64,000 bases of DNA from Bacteroidota bacterium (GCA_049670805.1 JBATTW010000385.1:18007-82006), one strand, 5' to 3'. Numbered from the stretch's first letter, positions 33,279-43,478 are shown. A program made the numbers and translations. The notes: generated by a model from the sequence alone, not told the origin.

Positions 33279-34541
33279 TCACAATCGGGAAATGGCCTGG
33301 TTGAAGTCGTGCTTCAGGTCTGCAATGTCTTCCACGCCGACCGAAATACGAACCATCCCCGGCGTCACACCATGTTGTGCAAGTTCCTCTCGGCTCATAT
33401 GCACGTGCGAGGAGTAGACGGGTATGCTTACGAGAGTCTCCGCGCCGCCGAGCGACATTGCGTTGACCGCAACACAGAGGGAATTGCAGAGCTTTGCCGC
33501 AGCCCGGGCTCCGCCTCGAACTTCGATGGTCAGCATTCCCCCAAAACCATTTCCGCCCGCTCCGACCATCTGCTTCGCCGCAATTGCGTGGTGTGGATGA
33601 GAGGGGAGACCCGGGTAGAGAACTCGCTTGACCCGGGGCAACGACTCGAGATATCGTGCAAGAGTAAACGCATTGGAGTTTTGTTTCTCTACCCGGAGCG
33701 TAAAGGTCTTGAGGCTCCGCAAAAGGAGAAACGCGGCAAACGGATCAGCACATCCTCCGTAGTATTTCAGCTGAGTATGAACGTCCCGAATAAACCGATC
33801 TGTACCGGCAACAATGCCGGCAACAAGATCTGAGTGACCTCCGAGGTACTTTGTACAGCTTTCTAAGAGAACATCAACGCCGTACTGAAACGGGTTCTGG
33901 TTCAGAATGGTTGCGAATGTATTGTCAGCCATTATTACGATACGCTTCCCGATTCTGCGTTCTGCTGCCCGCGCGCGGGAAACAAGGTCTTCGATGTCAA
34001 CTATGTCAAGGACAGGATTTGTCGGGGTCTCAAAGTACACGATCCGTGTTTTCTTCGTGGTGAGACGGGGGAGGTCCCCGAGTCTGTCGGGGGCAACGTA
34101 GGATACGGTCACCCCGTGACGCGGAAGAATGTCGCGGAAGAACCTGTATGTACCACCATAGAGCGACGGTGTGCTGATGATATGGTCACCGGCCTTGACG
34201 ACAGAGAGAATCGCCGTTGTAACGGCTGCCATGCCGGAGGAGAAGAGCAATGACCGTTCCGATCCCATCATCAGTGAGAGCCGTTCCTGTACTTGCTCGA
34301 CGGTGGGATTGTGATAGCGGGTGTAGACGAAGACATCAGGATCGCCCTGTGCATACCGGATCGCATCCGATGAATCTGCGAAGCGGTATGTTGATGTCTG
34401 CACGATTGGTGGGGCGACCGGTCCCCGGAATGCGTACAATTCTTTGCCGTGTATCGCCTTTGTCGCAATGGCTACGTTCGCAGGGTTCACAGGGGAGCGT
34501 TTCCCAGGGTTCAGGCGTTTGGATCGTGATGCTCGGTTCAT
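33279..34541 (-). CDS. Cys/Met-metabolism PLP-dependent enzyme (cystathionine gamma-synthase / O-acetylhomoserine sulfhydrylase / methionine gamma-lyase family)
   Basis: PLP-lysine motif SCTKYLGGHSD and family N-terminal region (AIHG...QTSTY.F). The true start is probably downstream of the track start. Confidence 0.8.
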   Translation of the reverse strand: MNRASRSKRLNPGKRSPVNPANVAIATKAIHGKELYAFRGPVAPPIVQTSTYRFADSSDAIRYAQGDPDVFVYTRYHNPTVEQVQERLSLMMGSERSLLFSSGMAAVTTAILSVVKAGDHIISTPSLYGGTYRFFRDILPRHGVTVSYVAPDRLGDLPRLTTKKTRIVYFETPTNPVLDIVDIEDLVSRARAAERRIGKRIVIMADNTFATILNQNPFQYGVDVLLESCTKYLGGHSDLVAGIVAGTDRFIRDVHTQLKYYGGCADPFAAFLLLRSLKTFTLRVEKQNSNAFTLARYLESLPRVKRVLYPGLPSHPHHAIAAKQMVGAGGNGFGGMLTIEVRGGARAAAKLCNSLCVAVNAMSLGGAETLVSIPVYSSHVHMSREELAQHGVTPGMVRISVGVEDIADLKHDFNQAISRL

Positions 34542-34583
34542 GTTCGTGAGGACCTCGCTGGTGATTGGCTGGATGTCAGTGTG

Positions 34584-36260
34584 TCAACCCGGTTGCGTGT
34601 TGGGTAAGACAGGTGTGGCAAAGATGACCTTCTCTCTCTCGATGTGAACCGTACCGGGTGGAGCGCCTCTTGGTTTGCGCACGTACTTTCGATAGGTTAC
34701 GGAAACAGGAACATGCTTGGCTTTCCTCATTTTGCTGTAGTAGGCTGCAATACCGGCGGCCTGCTCCTTGGCCTTCTTACCGGGCTCACCCTTGGCCGAG
34801 GCAACACGGAGTACGACATGGGAGCCTCCCGAGCCCCGTGCATGAAACCAGAGGTCGTTCGGTCCGGCGTGCCGGAGCGTCAAGAGGTCATTGTTGGCGC
34901 TGCTCTTTCCGGCCCAAACTTCGAAACCCCCGTCGACAAGAAAGACACGAAAGGGGATCTCTTGATGCGCCTTGCTCTTCGATCTGATCCCCAACCGTCC
35001 AAGCTCTTCTCTGTGTTCGTCCATGGTTCTCCGGAGCTGTTCCCTGGTGAAGACCGTGCGGAGGAGGCGGAGCAGTTCTTCGCCGGTTCTGACCCGATAT
35101 TGCAGTTGCAGAAACCGTCGTGCCGATTCCTCTTCGGATCGTCGCGTTCGTTTTCCCTTTTCAAAGTAGCGCTGTGCCGATTTGCTGAGTGGAACCCGGG
35201 GGTCGAGTGGAATGCGGTACGAGCCGCTGTCATCATGCAATTCCACCTCCTCAGTTCCCGGGGGGATACTGTGGAGATGGGACAGAATCAACGTGCCATA
35301 GCGCTCATACTCTCTTGAGCGATGGTCTGCGGTCGGCTCAGGAGTCATAGCTGCAAGAGCCCGGTGAGCTCTCTCGACAGCCTGTCTGAGCTTTGCCATG
35401 ATCTCGCGCTTGTCGGCCTCGAGGGCAACCGAGGCGCGCTTGCGATAAACGAAGGCGCGCAATGCCTGATGGGCGTCAGAAAAGGGAATCTCGGTGAGGT
35501 TCTTCGCGTGGCGCAGAGCTATGATGGAGAAGAGAACCGGGACACCGCTCTCCGACTGGTACACCCGGGGTTGAGGGGACTCGATTTCGTGCAAGATCTC
35601 CGTGATGGAAGCACCCACGGCAGTAATCAGGGGATTCGTGATTTCGGTCGCGTGTGAGTCACCGGATGCCTCTGCACGGAAGAGAGCCTCGCTGATGAGA
35701 GTAGATCCAAGATGGGGAAAGCTCCTCCGAAGCACCTGTCGAAGCGTTCCGGTGTGCCGTCCGAGTGCTTCTGTGAGCAGCACAACCGGGTCGTCTGGAA
35801 GATCGCTTTTCCGGAAAACAAATCTCTGACCGCTCAGGGCTCGTGAATTGCGAAAGGAGTTTCTAATGTGGCAGCGATCGTCTACCAGCAGGACGTTGGA
35901 CGCGGAGCCAAACATCTGAATAAGCAAGCTCAGGTTCTGTTCAAACGACAGGGTGATGATCCTGTCGGAGGTGTGCATGGAGACAGCCAGGATTCGCAAA
36001 CCCCAGACCGACGGCATGATATCCGCCACATTTGTCTTTGCTCTTGTGTAGCCGGGGTGCAGGAAGAGGGTCTGTTCCCCTATCCTGCAGGAGACAACCA
36101 GCGCTTCATCCAGGCCCTCGGTCTCTACGACAAGCTCGTCCTTTTCCTGGGAGAACAATCTTTGCAGCCGCCTGCCGGACAGGCGAGGCACAAGGGACTC
36201 GGCCAGGAATCTGAATGTGTAGAAATTGCTGAGCATACCGTTATCAACAAATATACCCAA
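34584..36260 (-). CDS. rqcH: NFACT-family protein RqcH (Rqc2 homologue / fibronectin-binding protein A-like), ribosome quality control
   Basis: 558 aa with NFACT-N N-terminus, central coiled-coil, and C-terminal NFACT-R/DUF814 (LWFHARGSGGSHVVLR). Confidence 0.7.
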   Translation of the reverse strand: MGIFVDNGMLSNFYTFRFLAESLVPRLSGRRLQRLFSQEKDELVVETEGLDEALVVSCRIGEQTLFLHPGYTRAKTNVADIMPSVWGLRILAVSMHTSDRIITLSFEQNLSLLIQMFGSASNVLLVDDRCHIRNSFRNSRALSGQRFVFRKSDLPDDPVVLLTEALGRHTGTLRQVLRRSFPHLGSTLISEALFRAEASGDSHATEITNPLITAVGASITEILHEIESPQPRVYQSESGVPVLFSIIALRHAKNLTEIPFSDAHQALRAFVYRKRASVALEADKREIMAKLRQAVERAHRALAAMTPEPTADHRSREYERYGTLILSHLHSIPPGTEEVELHDDSGSYRIPLDPRVPLSKSAQRYFEKGKRTRRSEEESARRFLQLQYRVRTGEELLRLLRTVFTREQLRRTMDEHREELGRLGIRSKSKAHQEIPFRVFLVDGGFEVWAGKSSANNDLLTLRHAGPNDLWFHARGSGGSHVVLRVASAKGEPGKKAKEQAAGIAAYYSKMRKAKHVPVSVTYRKYVRKPRGAPPGTVHIEREKVIFATPVLPNTQPG

Positions 36261-36405
36261 AACCGCTCATCTTCCCAATGAAACAGCATTTTTCTGTGGA
36301 AAACCTGTGGAAAACTGCGTGCAGAGACTGTTCGAAACAAAGAATTGCAAATCCTGCCCGTTTTTCGTAAAATACCAAGCCTGGGATAGAATTGCTGAGG
36401 AGAGC

Positions 36406-37284
36406 ATGGTTACAAGCATGACGGGGTTTGGCAGAAGCGAGGCCAGCGAAGGCGGGATTACGGTTGCCGTGGAGCTGCGGAGCGTGAACAGCCGGTTTCT
36501 CGAGGTCTCGGCCAGGCTCCCCAGGTCCCTCTCATCCCGGGAAACCGAGATCAAGGAATTGGTTCGGAAGAGGGTTTCTCGAGGCAAGATTAACATGCTC
36601 GTAAATCTGGAAAGAGAAGGCAACGGGACAATTCCCCTCAAAGTCGATCCTCTTGCTGCGAAGGCCTACTACAAGCTTCTGAATGAACTCAGGAGGACGG
36701 TGCGGCTGAAGGAGTCCGTGAAGCTCATTCACCTGTTAGAGTTCTCTGATATTTTTGAAAGCCTTGACGACGAGAGCAGCGAGGAGAAGGAATGGGTTGT
36801 TGCCCGGAAGAGCATTCTTGCTGCACTCGAACAACTCAAGACGATGCGTATTCAGGAGGGTAGAGAGCTGGAGGAGGATTTCCGCCACCGAATTGGACTT
36901 CTCCAGGGACACGTTGATGCTGTCGATCGCCTTTCGCGGGAGCAGATACCGGTGGAACGGGAACGGTTGCGCGAGAGGATCAAGCAGCTCCTGGAGTCCG
37001 AGACGATTGACGAAGGCCGGCTGGAGATGGAAATTGCCGTCCTGGCCGACAAGCTTGATGTCACCGAGGAATGCGTGCGCTTTCGAAGCCATAACAAGTT
37101 CTTTCTCGAAGCGCTCGATACGCCGGAGCCTGTGGGGCGGAAGCTGAATTTCCTCCTGCAGGAGATGCACAGAGAGGCGAACACCCTTGGCTCAAAGTCG
37201 AGCTCAACCGAAATTGCGCATATTGTCATCCACGTGAAAGAAGAACTGGAGAGGATCCGCGAGCAGCTGCAAAACATCGAGTGA
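36406..37284 (+). CDS. yicC: YicC-family stress-induced protein (endoribonuclease YicC-like)
   Basis: Internal ATG at 36406 with GAGGAGAG SD gives MVTSMTGFGRSE..., the canonical YicC N-terminus, plus the YicC C-terminal domain. The track N-extension is unsupported. Confidence 0.8.
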   Translation: MVTSMTGFGRSEASEGGITVAVELRSVNSRFLEVSARLPRSLSSRETEIKELVRKRVSRGKINMLVNLEREGNGTIPLKVDPLAAKAYYKLLNELRRTVRLKESVKLIHLLEFSDIFESLDDESSEEKEWVVARKSILAALEQLKTMRIQEGRELEEDFRHRIGLLQGHVDAVDRLSREQIPVERERLRERIKQLLESETIDEGRLEMEIAVLADKLDVTEECVRFRSHNKFFLEALDTPEPVGRKLNFLLQEMHREANTLGSKSSSTEIAHIVIHVKEELERIREQLQNIE

Positions 37285-37287
37285 GAT

Positions 37288-37875
37288 ATGAAGGGGAAAC
37301 TCATAGTTGTCTCAGGGCCCAGCGGGTCGGGCAAGACAACCATTGCGCGGAGGATGATGGTCCAGTTCCCCTCTCTCGAGTTTTCCGTCTCGGCAACGAC
37401 CCGTCCGAAACGTCCCAGTGAGGTGGATGGGCGTGACTACTACTTTCTGACGAAAGCCGCATTTCGGCAGCGGGTCGAAAGCGGAGAATTTGTGGAGTGG
37501 GAAGAACTGTTCGGGAACTTCTACGGAACACTCCAGACGGAAATCGATAGGAAGTTGGAAGGGGGGAAACATCTTCTTTTTGATGTAGACGTCAAGGGGG
37601 CCCTCTCCATCAAACGACGTTATCCGGAATCGTTTCTGGTCTTTGTTCGACCGCCGAGCATAGAAGTTCTGCACCAGAGGCTTTGTGACCGACACACAGA
37701 AGATGAGGACGCGCTGAGACTCCGGTTTGACCGGGCTGCAATGGAGCTCGACATGAGGAACAGTTTTGATTGTCAGGTTCTGAACGAGAACCTCGAACAG
37801 GCTGTTGCCAGCGTGAGTGAATTTGTCAAGAACCATATCCATATATCAGGAGAGGAGTTGAATCCATGCCGCTGA
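37288..37875 (+). CDS. gmk: Guanylate kinase
   Basis: 195 aa with P-loop GPSGSGKTT and ATTRPKR motif, in the yicC-gmk-rpoZ synteny. Confidence 0.92.
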   Translation: MKGKLIVVSGPSGSGKTTIARRMMVQFPSLEFSVSATTRPKRPSEVDGRDYYFLTKAAFRQRVESGEFVEWEELFGNFYGTLQTEIDRKLEGGKHLLFDVDVKGALSIKRRYPESFLVFVRPPSIEVLHQRLCDRHTEDEDALRLRFDRAAMELDMRNSFDCQVLNENLEQAVASVSEFVKNHIHISGEELNPCR

Positions 37876-38198
37876 AACCGATCGATCTGGAGCTGTTCCA
37901 TCGGGAGGGGATGAATCTTCATGAATCCGTCGTCATTGCATCGAAACGCGCTCGCCAGGTCAACGAAGAAATAAAGATAGAATTCAACCAGCGCGTTGAG
38001 ATGATCACCACGAAGACGGAGACGGAGATGGAGGAGAACGACATCAATCCCGATCAGCTGAGGATCAGCATTGAGTTCGAGAAACTGCCCAAGCCCACCG
38101 ATACCGCGCTGAAAGAGCTGATGAGCAATGAACTAGAGTGGCGGTACAAGGAAAAAGAGGAGATCGGGCCGCAGATCGAAGAGGACGAAGAAGAGTAA
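37866..38198 (+). CDS. rpoZ: DNA-directed RNA polymerase subunit omega
   Basis: 110 aa with SVVIASKRARQV omega core and an acidic tail. Overlaps the gmk end by 10 nt, as is typical. Confidence 0.75.
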   Translation: MPLKPIDLELFHREGMNLHESVVIASKRARQVNEEIKIEFNQRVEMITTKTETEMEENDINPDQLRISIEFEKLPKPTDTALKELMSNELEWRYKEKEEIGPQIEEDEEE

Positions 38199-38224
38199 CT
38201 TCCAGCAGTACTGCACCAATCAGA

Positions 38225-39457
38225 ATGTCGACCCCCATGCTCAGCGGGAAACATATCATTCTTGGCGTGACGGGGGGGATTGCGGCGTACAAGAGCGCCC
38301 TCCTGGTTCGGGACATCGTCAGGGCCGGTGCGGATGTCCAGGTGGTGATGACAAAGGCCGCCACGCACTTCATCACGCCGCTGACACTTTCGACACTCTC
38401 GAGGCGGGAAGTTGTCCTGGAGATGTTTCCGGTTGCGCCCGAAGAACCCACCACGCAGTGGACGACACACATTGACCTCGGGGTGTGGGCTGATCTGATG
38501 CTGATTGCTCCCGCGTCCGCCAACACCATTGCCAAGATTGCTCACGGTTTCTCGGATAACTTCCTGACAACACTTGTTCTGGCACTCCGTGGTCCGCTGG
38601 TCCTCTCTCCCTCGATGGATGTGGACATGTGGCAGAACGAGACAACACAGAAGAATATTGACAGGCTCCGACAGTCGGGCTGTCACATCATCCCGCCGGA
38701 AGCGGGGGAACTCGCGAGTGGTCTGAACGGGCCGGGTCGCCTCCCGGATACGGAAAGCATCGTGCGGTTTGTTGATGGGGTGCTCGAGCGGGTGCATCAA
38801 GACCTTCGCGGAAAGAGGGTTCTGGTGACCGCCGGACCCACGCAGGAGCCGATTGATCCCGTTCGGTACGTGGGGAACAGGTCGTCGGGCAAAATGGGTT
38901 TTGCACTTGCAGGTGCAGCTGCGCAGCGGGGAGCCGAGGTAACGCTGGTCAGCGGGCCGGTGTCGCTCCATACCCCTCGCAATACGCGCAGAATTGATGT
39001 AACCACCACAGAAGAGATGTCCGAGGCGGTGCAGAGGGAGTTTTCATCGGTTGATCTGGTTCTGATGGCGGCAGCAGTGGCGGACTTCACACCCGTGAAG
39101 CCCTTCGCCTCAAAGGTCAAACGTGAAGCACTGGAGGGCGATGTCCTTACGCTCCAGCTCCGGAAGAACCCGGACATTCTCAAAGGTGTCGCGGAGAGGA
39201 AGACAAACCAGATTCTTGTCGGCTTCGCGCTCGAAACGGAGAACGAAGTTGATAACGCTCGAAGAAAGCTAAAAGAAAAAAAACTCGACATGGTGGCTCT
39301 AAACAATCCCCATGAGGCAGGAGCGGGGTTTGGATCCGACACCAACGTGGTGACGATCCTCTCTGCCAATGGCGATGTCGAAAAGCTTTCCCGCATGGCG
39401 AAGTTTGACGTTGCCAACGAGATCCTGAATCGCGTTGCGCTCCTTCTCAGCTCGTAA
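38225..39457 (+). CDS. coaBC: Bifunctional phosphopantothenoylcysteine decarboxylase / phosphopantothenate-cysteine ligase CoaBC
   Basis: Internal ATG after the rpoZ stop. Flavoprotein N-domain (ILGVTGGIAAYK) and CoaB ligase C-domain. Confidence 0.9.
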   Translation: MSTPMLSGKHIILGVTGGIAAYKSALLVRDIVRAGADVQVVMTKAATHFITPLTLSTLSRREVVLEMFPVAPEEPTTQWTTHIDLGVWADLMLIAPASANTIAKIAHGFSDNFLTTLVLALRGPLVLSPSMDVDMWQNETTQKNIDRLRQSGCHIIPPEAGELASGLNGPGRLPDTESIVRFVDGVLERVHQDLRGKRVLVTAGPTQEPIDPVRYVGNRSSGKMGFALAGAAAQRGAEVTLVSGPVSLHTPRNTRRIDVTTTEEMSEAVQREFSSVDLVLMAAAVADFTPVKPFASKVKREALEGDVLTLQLRKNPDILKGVAERKTNQILVGFALETENEVDNARRKLKEKKLDMVALNNPHEAGAGFGSDTNVVTILSANGDVEKLSRMAKFDVANEILNRVALLLSS

Positions 39458-39493
39458 GGCCGAATCGGTTACCGTCATTTCGGGAGAGCCACC

Positions 39494-40261
39494 GTGAATG
39501 TTATTGCCGAAATTGAGGAGCTGATCCGTCTGGAACGTACGCTGTTTGGCGATACACTTCTTGTGGAGGCAGCATCCTCAAAGGAGGATGACGTGACACG
39601 GCGTCCCAAGCCGGCAGGTGCAGATGATCCTTCCCTGTTTGATGTTTCACAGTCAGGGAAACCGGCAATAACCACTGAACCATGGGGAACAACCGAGACC
39701 CTTGAGGAACTGAATGCTCAGATTTGCAGCTGCCTCAAGTGCCCTCTCGGAGAGACGAGAACAAATTTCGTTTTTGGCGTCGGCAATCCGCACGCGACAC
39801 TTCTAATCGTTGGCGAAGCACCTGGAGTGGATGAAGATGCGCAGGGCGAACCGTTTGTGGGGAGGGCGGGCCAGCTGCTGAACAAGATCCTTGCGGCGAT
39901 AGGTTTTCGACGTGAAGATGTTTACATCTGCAACATACTCAAGTGCCGCCCACCCGGAAACAGAAAGCCCGCTGAGGACGAGGTGAGCCACTGTATCCCC
40001 TACTTGAAAAAGCAGATTGATATCATAAAGCCAAAACTCATTCTGTGTCTCGGGCTGACGGCGGCGGAGAATCTTCTCAAGATGAGCGAAAGTCTTACGA
40101 AACTGCGAGGTCGGCTGTTGGAGTACGAAGGCACACCTCTTATGGTAACGTACCACCCTGCGGCGCTCTTGAGGAACCCGAACTGGAAACGACCGGCCTG
40201 GGAAGACGTTCAGGCTGCGAGGAAACTCCATGATGAGCTTGTTGCGAAGGAAGTGAGGTGA
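39494..40261 (+). CDS. Uracil-DNA glycosylase, family 4
   Basis: GTG start with GGGAGAG SD. 4Fe-4S Cys motifs (CSCLKCPL), GEAPG motif, and HPAALLRNP near the C-terminus. Confidence 0.85.
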   Translation: MNVIAEIEELIRLERTLFGDTLLVEAASSKEDDVTRRPKPAGADDPSLFDVSQSGKPAITTEPWGTTETLEELNAQICSCLKCPLGETRTNFVFGVGNPHATLLIVGEAPGVDEDAQGEPFVGRAGQLLNKILAAIGFRREDVYICNILKCRPPGNRKPAEDEVSHCIPYLKKQIDIIKPKLILCLGLTAAENLLKMSESLTKLRGRLLEYEGTPLMVTYHPAALLRNPNWKRPAWEDVQAARKLHDELVAKEVR

Positions 40262-40268
40262 GGGACTG

Positions 40269-41705
40269 ATGGCAGAGACATCTGCGCGGCGGGATCTTGA
40301 TGTCATCCTCGACAACAGACCGGTGGAAGGACGGCTTCCCCCGCATGCCGTGGAGATCGAGGAGCAGATTCTCGGGGCAATGCTGCTGGAGAAAGAGGCG
40401 ATTTCGAGAGTACTCGAAGTTCTCGATCCCGATGTCTTCTACTCGGAGCGGAGTAGAAAGGTGTTTCAGGCGATAGTTGCTCTTTTCGAGCGGAGCGAAC
40501 CCGCAGACGTAATCACCGTAGCAGAAGAGCTGCGTCGACGAGGGCATTTGGACGCGGCGGGTGGGGAAAGTGCGCTCATGGAACTGACGCTGAAAGTGAC
40601 CTCCGGGGCACACGTCGAGTACCACGCCCGTATCGTGCTGGAGAAGGCGCTCATGCGGAGGTTGATCTCCGAGAGTAACGCGATAGCAGCGCGAGCATTT
40701 ACCCAGACGGAAGACGCGTTCGACCTGCTGGATATGGCCGAACAGGCTATCTTCAAGATATCCGAGTCGAGGTTGAAGAGGAGCTTTATCTCCATGGACA
40801 AGGCGGTCCATGATACGCTCGAAATGCTGGAGGGAATACACGGAAAACACGAAGGTGTGACGGGCGTGCCGACCGGCTTTCGCGATCTCGACACGCTCAC
40901 CGGGGGCTGGCAGAAGGCCGACCTCATCATTGTTGCAGGGAGACCGAGTTCGGGGAAGACAGCGCTCGCACTCTCGCTGGTATCCAATGCAACGCTTCAC
41001 CGGAGCAAGCCCACCACGGCAGGGATCTTTTCTCTGGAGATGTCTACCCAGCAACTTATCATGCGTTTGCTCTGCGCGGAGGCCCGGGTTGACGCCCACG
41101 CGGTTCGTACCGGGCGGCTGCCCGAGGATGATTGGAAACGGTTAAGCATTGCCGCTGGCAGACTTGCGAAGGCGAACATCTTTGTGGATGATTCGGCAAG
41201 CCTCGGTATCCTCGAGTTGCGGGCGAAATCGCGCCGCCTGAAGGCGGAGCACAACGCCGGTTTGATCATTGTTGACTACCTCCAGCTCATGCAGGGTCCG
41301 CGCAAGGCCGAAAACCGTGAAAAAGAGATCTCCGCAATTTCACGATCACTCAAGGCACTCGCGAAAGAGCTGGATATTCCGGTCATCGCACTTTCCCAGT
41401 TGAGCCGGGCGGTGGAGGGGCGCACCGACAAACGTCCCATCCTCTCCGATCTGCGTGAATCCGGCGCAATTGAACAGGATGCTGATGTCGTGATGTTTGT
41501 TCATCGGCCGGAGATGTATGTGGACCCGAAATCGGAGAGGGCACCGGAGGTACAGGGAAGAGCGGAGATCATCGTTGGCAAGCAGCGTAACGGGCCGATT
41601 GACGACGTGACGCTTGCTTTTGTGCATCGATACGCTCGCTTCGAGAATCTTGCTCCTCCCAGCCTCGAAACGATACCCGCAGGTCCGGAAGAGCCACCCT
41701 TTTAA
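40269..41705 (+). CDS. dnaB: Replicative DNA helicase DnaB
   Basis: 478 aa with DnaB N-domain, Walker A GRPSSGKTA and RecA-like fold. Not intein-containing. Confidence 0.93.
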   Translation: MAETSARRDLDVILDNRPVEGRLPPHAVEIEEQILGAMLLEKEAISRVLEVLDPDVFYSERSRKVFQAIVALFERSEPADVITVAEELRRRGHLDAAGGESALMELTLKVTSGAHVEYHARIVLEKALMRRLISESNAIAARAFTQTEDAFDLLDMAEQAIFKISESRLKRSFISMDKAVHDTLEMLEGIHGKHEGVTGVPTGFRDLDTLTGGWQKADLIIVAGRPSSGKTALALSLVSNATLHRSKPTTAGIFSLEMSTQQLIMRLLCAEARVDAHAVRTGRLPEDDWKRLSIAAGRLAKANIFVDDSASLGILELRAKSRRLKAEHNAGLIIVDYLQLMQGPRKAENREKEISAISRSLKALAKELDIPVIALSQLSRAVEGRTDKRPILSDLRESGAIEQDADVVMFVHRPEMYVDPKSERAPEVQGRAEIIVGKQRNGPIDDVTLAFVHRYARFENLAPPSLETIPAGPEEPPF

Positions 41706-42617
41706 ATGAAAAGGTCTACCGGTATGATGTTCTCTCGCACACGTCGTGAAGCACTCGGCCGGCTGTTCTGGCTCGGTGGATCCTCCCTCTTTTTTTCGTG
41801 GCAGGTGGCCAGCTGTCGGTCTGCCACGGAAATGGATGAAGACGATGAGCAGATCTTCCGGCGGAAGTTCTCGGAGGCCGCAGCCCTTCCGCTTGGCGGG
41901 AAGCCGTTTGGCGACCTTATTGCGGCTGTTGCCCTCTCGTTCAAGGGATCACCGTATGTGGCCCATTCTCTCGAAGTCTCGGGTCCGGAACGGCTGGTAG
42001 TCAATCTGCGCGCGTTCGACTGCCTGACGTTCGTGGAAAGCTCGCTTTCGATAGCCCGGTGCGTCAGACTCAAGAAGAGCTCGTTCGGTGACTACGGGGA
42101 GCAACTCCAACAGATACGGTACCGGTCTGGAATAATCGATACATACCCGAGCAGACTGCACTACTTTACCGACTGGGTCGCGGACAACCAGCGAAAGGGT
42201 ATCGTGAGGGACATGACAGCCACACTCGGGGGTGTGGTGAGGGCGGGCAAAATAGACTTCATGTCAAAGCACCGCGGATCCTACCGCCAGCTGGAGAATG
42301 ACGAGTACTTTGCCGAAATCAGCGGGATGGAGGAGCGACTCTGGAGCGCCACGTGGTACTATATTTCCCAGGATCAAGCCGAAACTGCGCTTGATAAGGT
42401 TCGGACCGGCGATATTGTCGGGATGACCTCAACTGTCAAGGGACTTGATATTGCACACACCGGGCTTGCCTATCGTTCTGGAGGCACTGTGAAGCTGCTT
42501 CATGCATCATCCTCTGGTAGAGCTGTTGAAGTGACGGAGGGTTCGCTTGCAGACTACCTCGGAGCCCAGAGGAAGCAGGACGGTCTCATCGTGGTCCGGG
42601 CTATGGACCCCGCCTGA
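41706..42617 (+). CDS. Hypothetical exported protein, DUF1460-like (amidase-like fold?), Tat-like RR motif plus possible lipobox (VASC)
   Basis: 303 aa. The ATG directly abuts the dnaB TAA. N-terminal SRTRREALGRLFWLGGSSLFFSWQVASC. Family assignment is from memory of the YFTDW-containing DUF1460 motif and is tentative. Confidence 0.4.
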   Translation: MKRSTGMMFSRTRREALGRLFWLGGSSLFFSWQVASCRSATEMDEDDEQIFRRKFSEAAALPLGGKPFGDLIAAVALSFKGSPYVAHSLEVSGPERLVVNLRAFDCLTFVESSLSIARCVRLKKSSFGDYGEQLQQIRYRSGIIDTYPSRLHYFTDWVADNQRKGIVRDMTATLGGVVRAGKIDFMSKHRGSYRQLENDEYFAEISGMEERLWSATWYYISQDQAETALDKVRTGDIVGMTSTVKGLDIAHTGLAYRSGGTVKLLHASSSGRAVEVTEGSLADYLGAQRKQDGLIVVRAMDPA

Positions 42618-42674
42618 TCTGGAATCTGCTTACCAAATACCAATAACTCACACTATTCTGGAGAGGACGTATTA

Positions 42675-43448
42675 ATGAGAACACGCTTGACGCGGCGGTG
42701 GCTGGGCATTGGTGTTGCTGCCCTCATTGCGGCGGTGGCATATGGCCAGGGTATCTACTGGGAGAGCATGAGCTCGAGTGGTGGGGAGACTCCGCAGAAG
42801 TCATTTGCCATACCCAAGATGTTCAAACATGTCGACGACAATGAGGACCATGTCATGATAGTTCGACTGGACAGGGAGATGATGTATGCCGTCGATATGC
42901 AGAAGAAGACATACTGGCAGATGACCTTTGCTGAAATGGAAGCAATGATGAGGGAGGCCAGCGCAAAGATGGATGCCGCGATGGCTGAGATGCAAGAGTC
43001 GTTGAAGAACATGCCGCCCGAGCAGCGCAAAGCGGTGGAACAGATGATGGGGAAGCAGATGATGGGTCTGGCAAATGGAGGAAAGGTTGACGTCACAGCT
43101 ACCGGTGAGATGAAAGCTGTCGTGGGCTACGCGTGCAGAAAGTATGTGGCAACACGTGATGGGGAGGAACTGGTGACTGTGTGGGCGACAAAGGATCTGA
43201 AGTCGTTCCAGAATCTGCAAAAAGATTGGAAGGCGTTCAACAAGCGGCTCCTTTCCATGAACATGTCGGTTGGAAAACCACTCATGGAAGCATTTCAGAG
43301 ATTTGATGGTTTTCCGATGGAAACCACGATTGCAGGGGTCAATACTGTGGTGACCAAGGTGCAGGAACGATCCATCCCAGAGGCCGAATTCGAGGTCCCA
43401 GCGGGTTTCAAGAAGGAAGACCCACCCAGGATGGACGGGGAGAGGTAG
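42675..43448 (+). CDS. Secreted hypothetical protein with a methionine-rich central segment (possibly DUF4412-like)
   Basis: 257 aa with signal peptide (AALIAAVAYGQ). Residues ~85-130 are extremely Met-rich (MTFAEMEAMMREASAKMDAAMAEMQESLKNMPPEQRKAVEQMMGKQMMG). Confidence 0.5.
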   Translation: MRTRLTRRWLGIGVAALIAAVAYGQGIYWESMSSSGGETPQKSFAIPKMFKHVDDNEDHVMIVRLDREMMYAVDMQKKTYWQMTFAEMEAMMREASAKMDAAMAEMQESLKNMPPEQRKAVEQMMGKQMMGLANGGKVDVTATGEMKAVVGYACRKYVATRDGEELVTVWATKDLKSFQNLQKDWKAFNKRLLSMNMSVGKPLMEAFQRFDGFPMETTIAGVNTVVTKVQERSIPEAEFEVPAGFKKEDPPRMDGER

Positions 43449-43478
43449 CGAATCCTTCTGAGGGAGATGAAAATCGAG

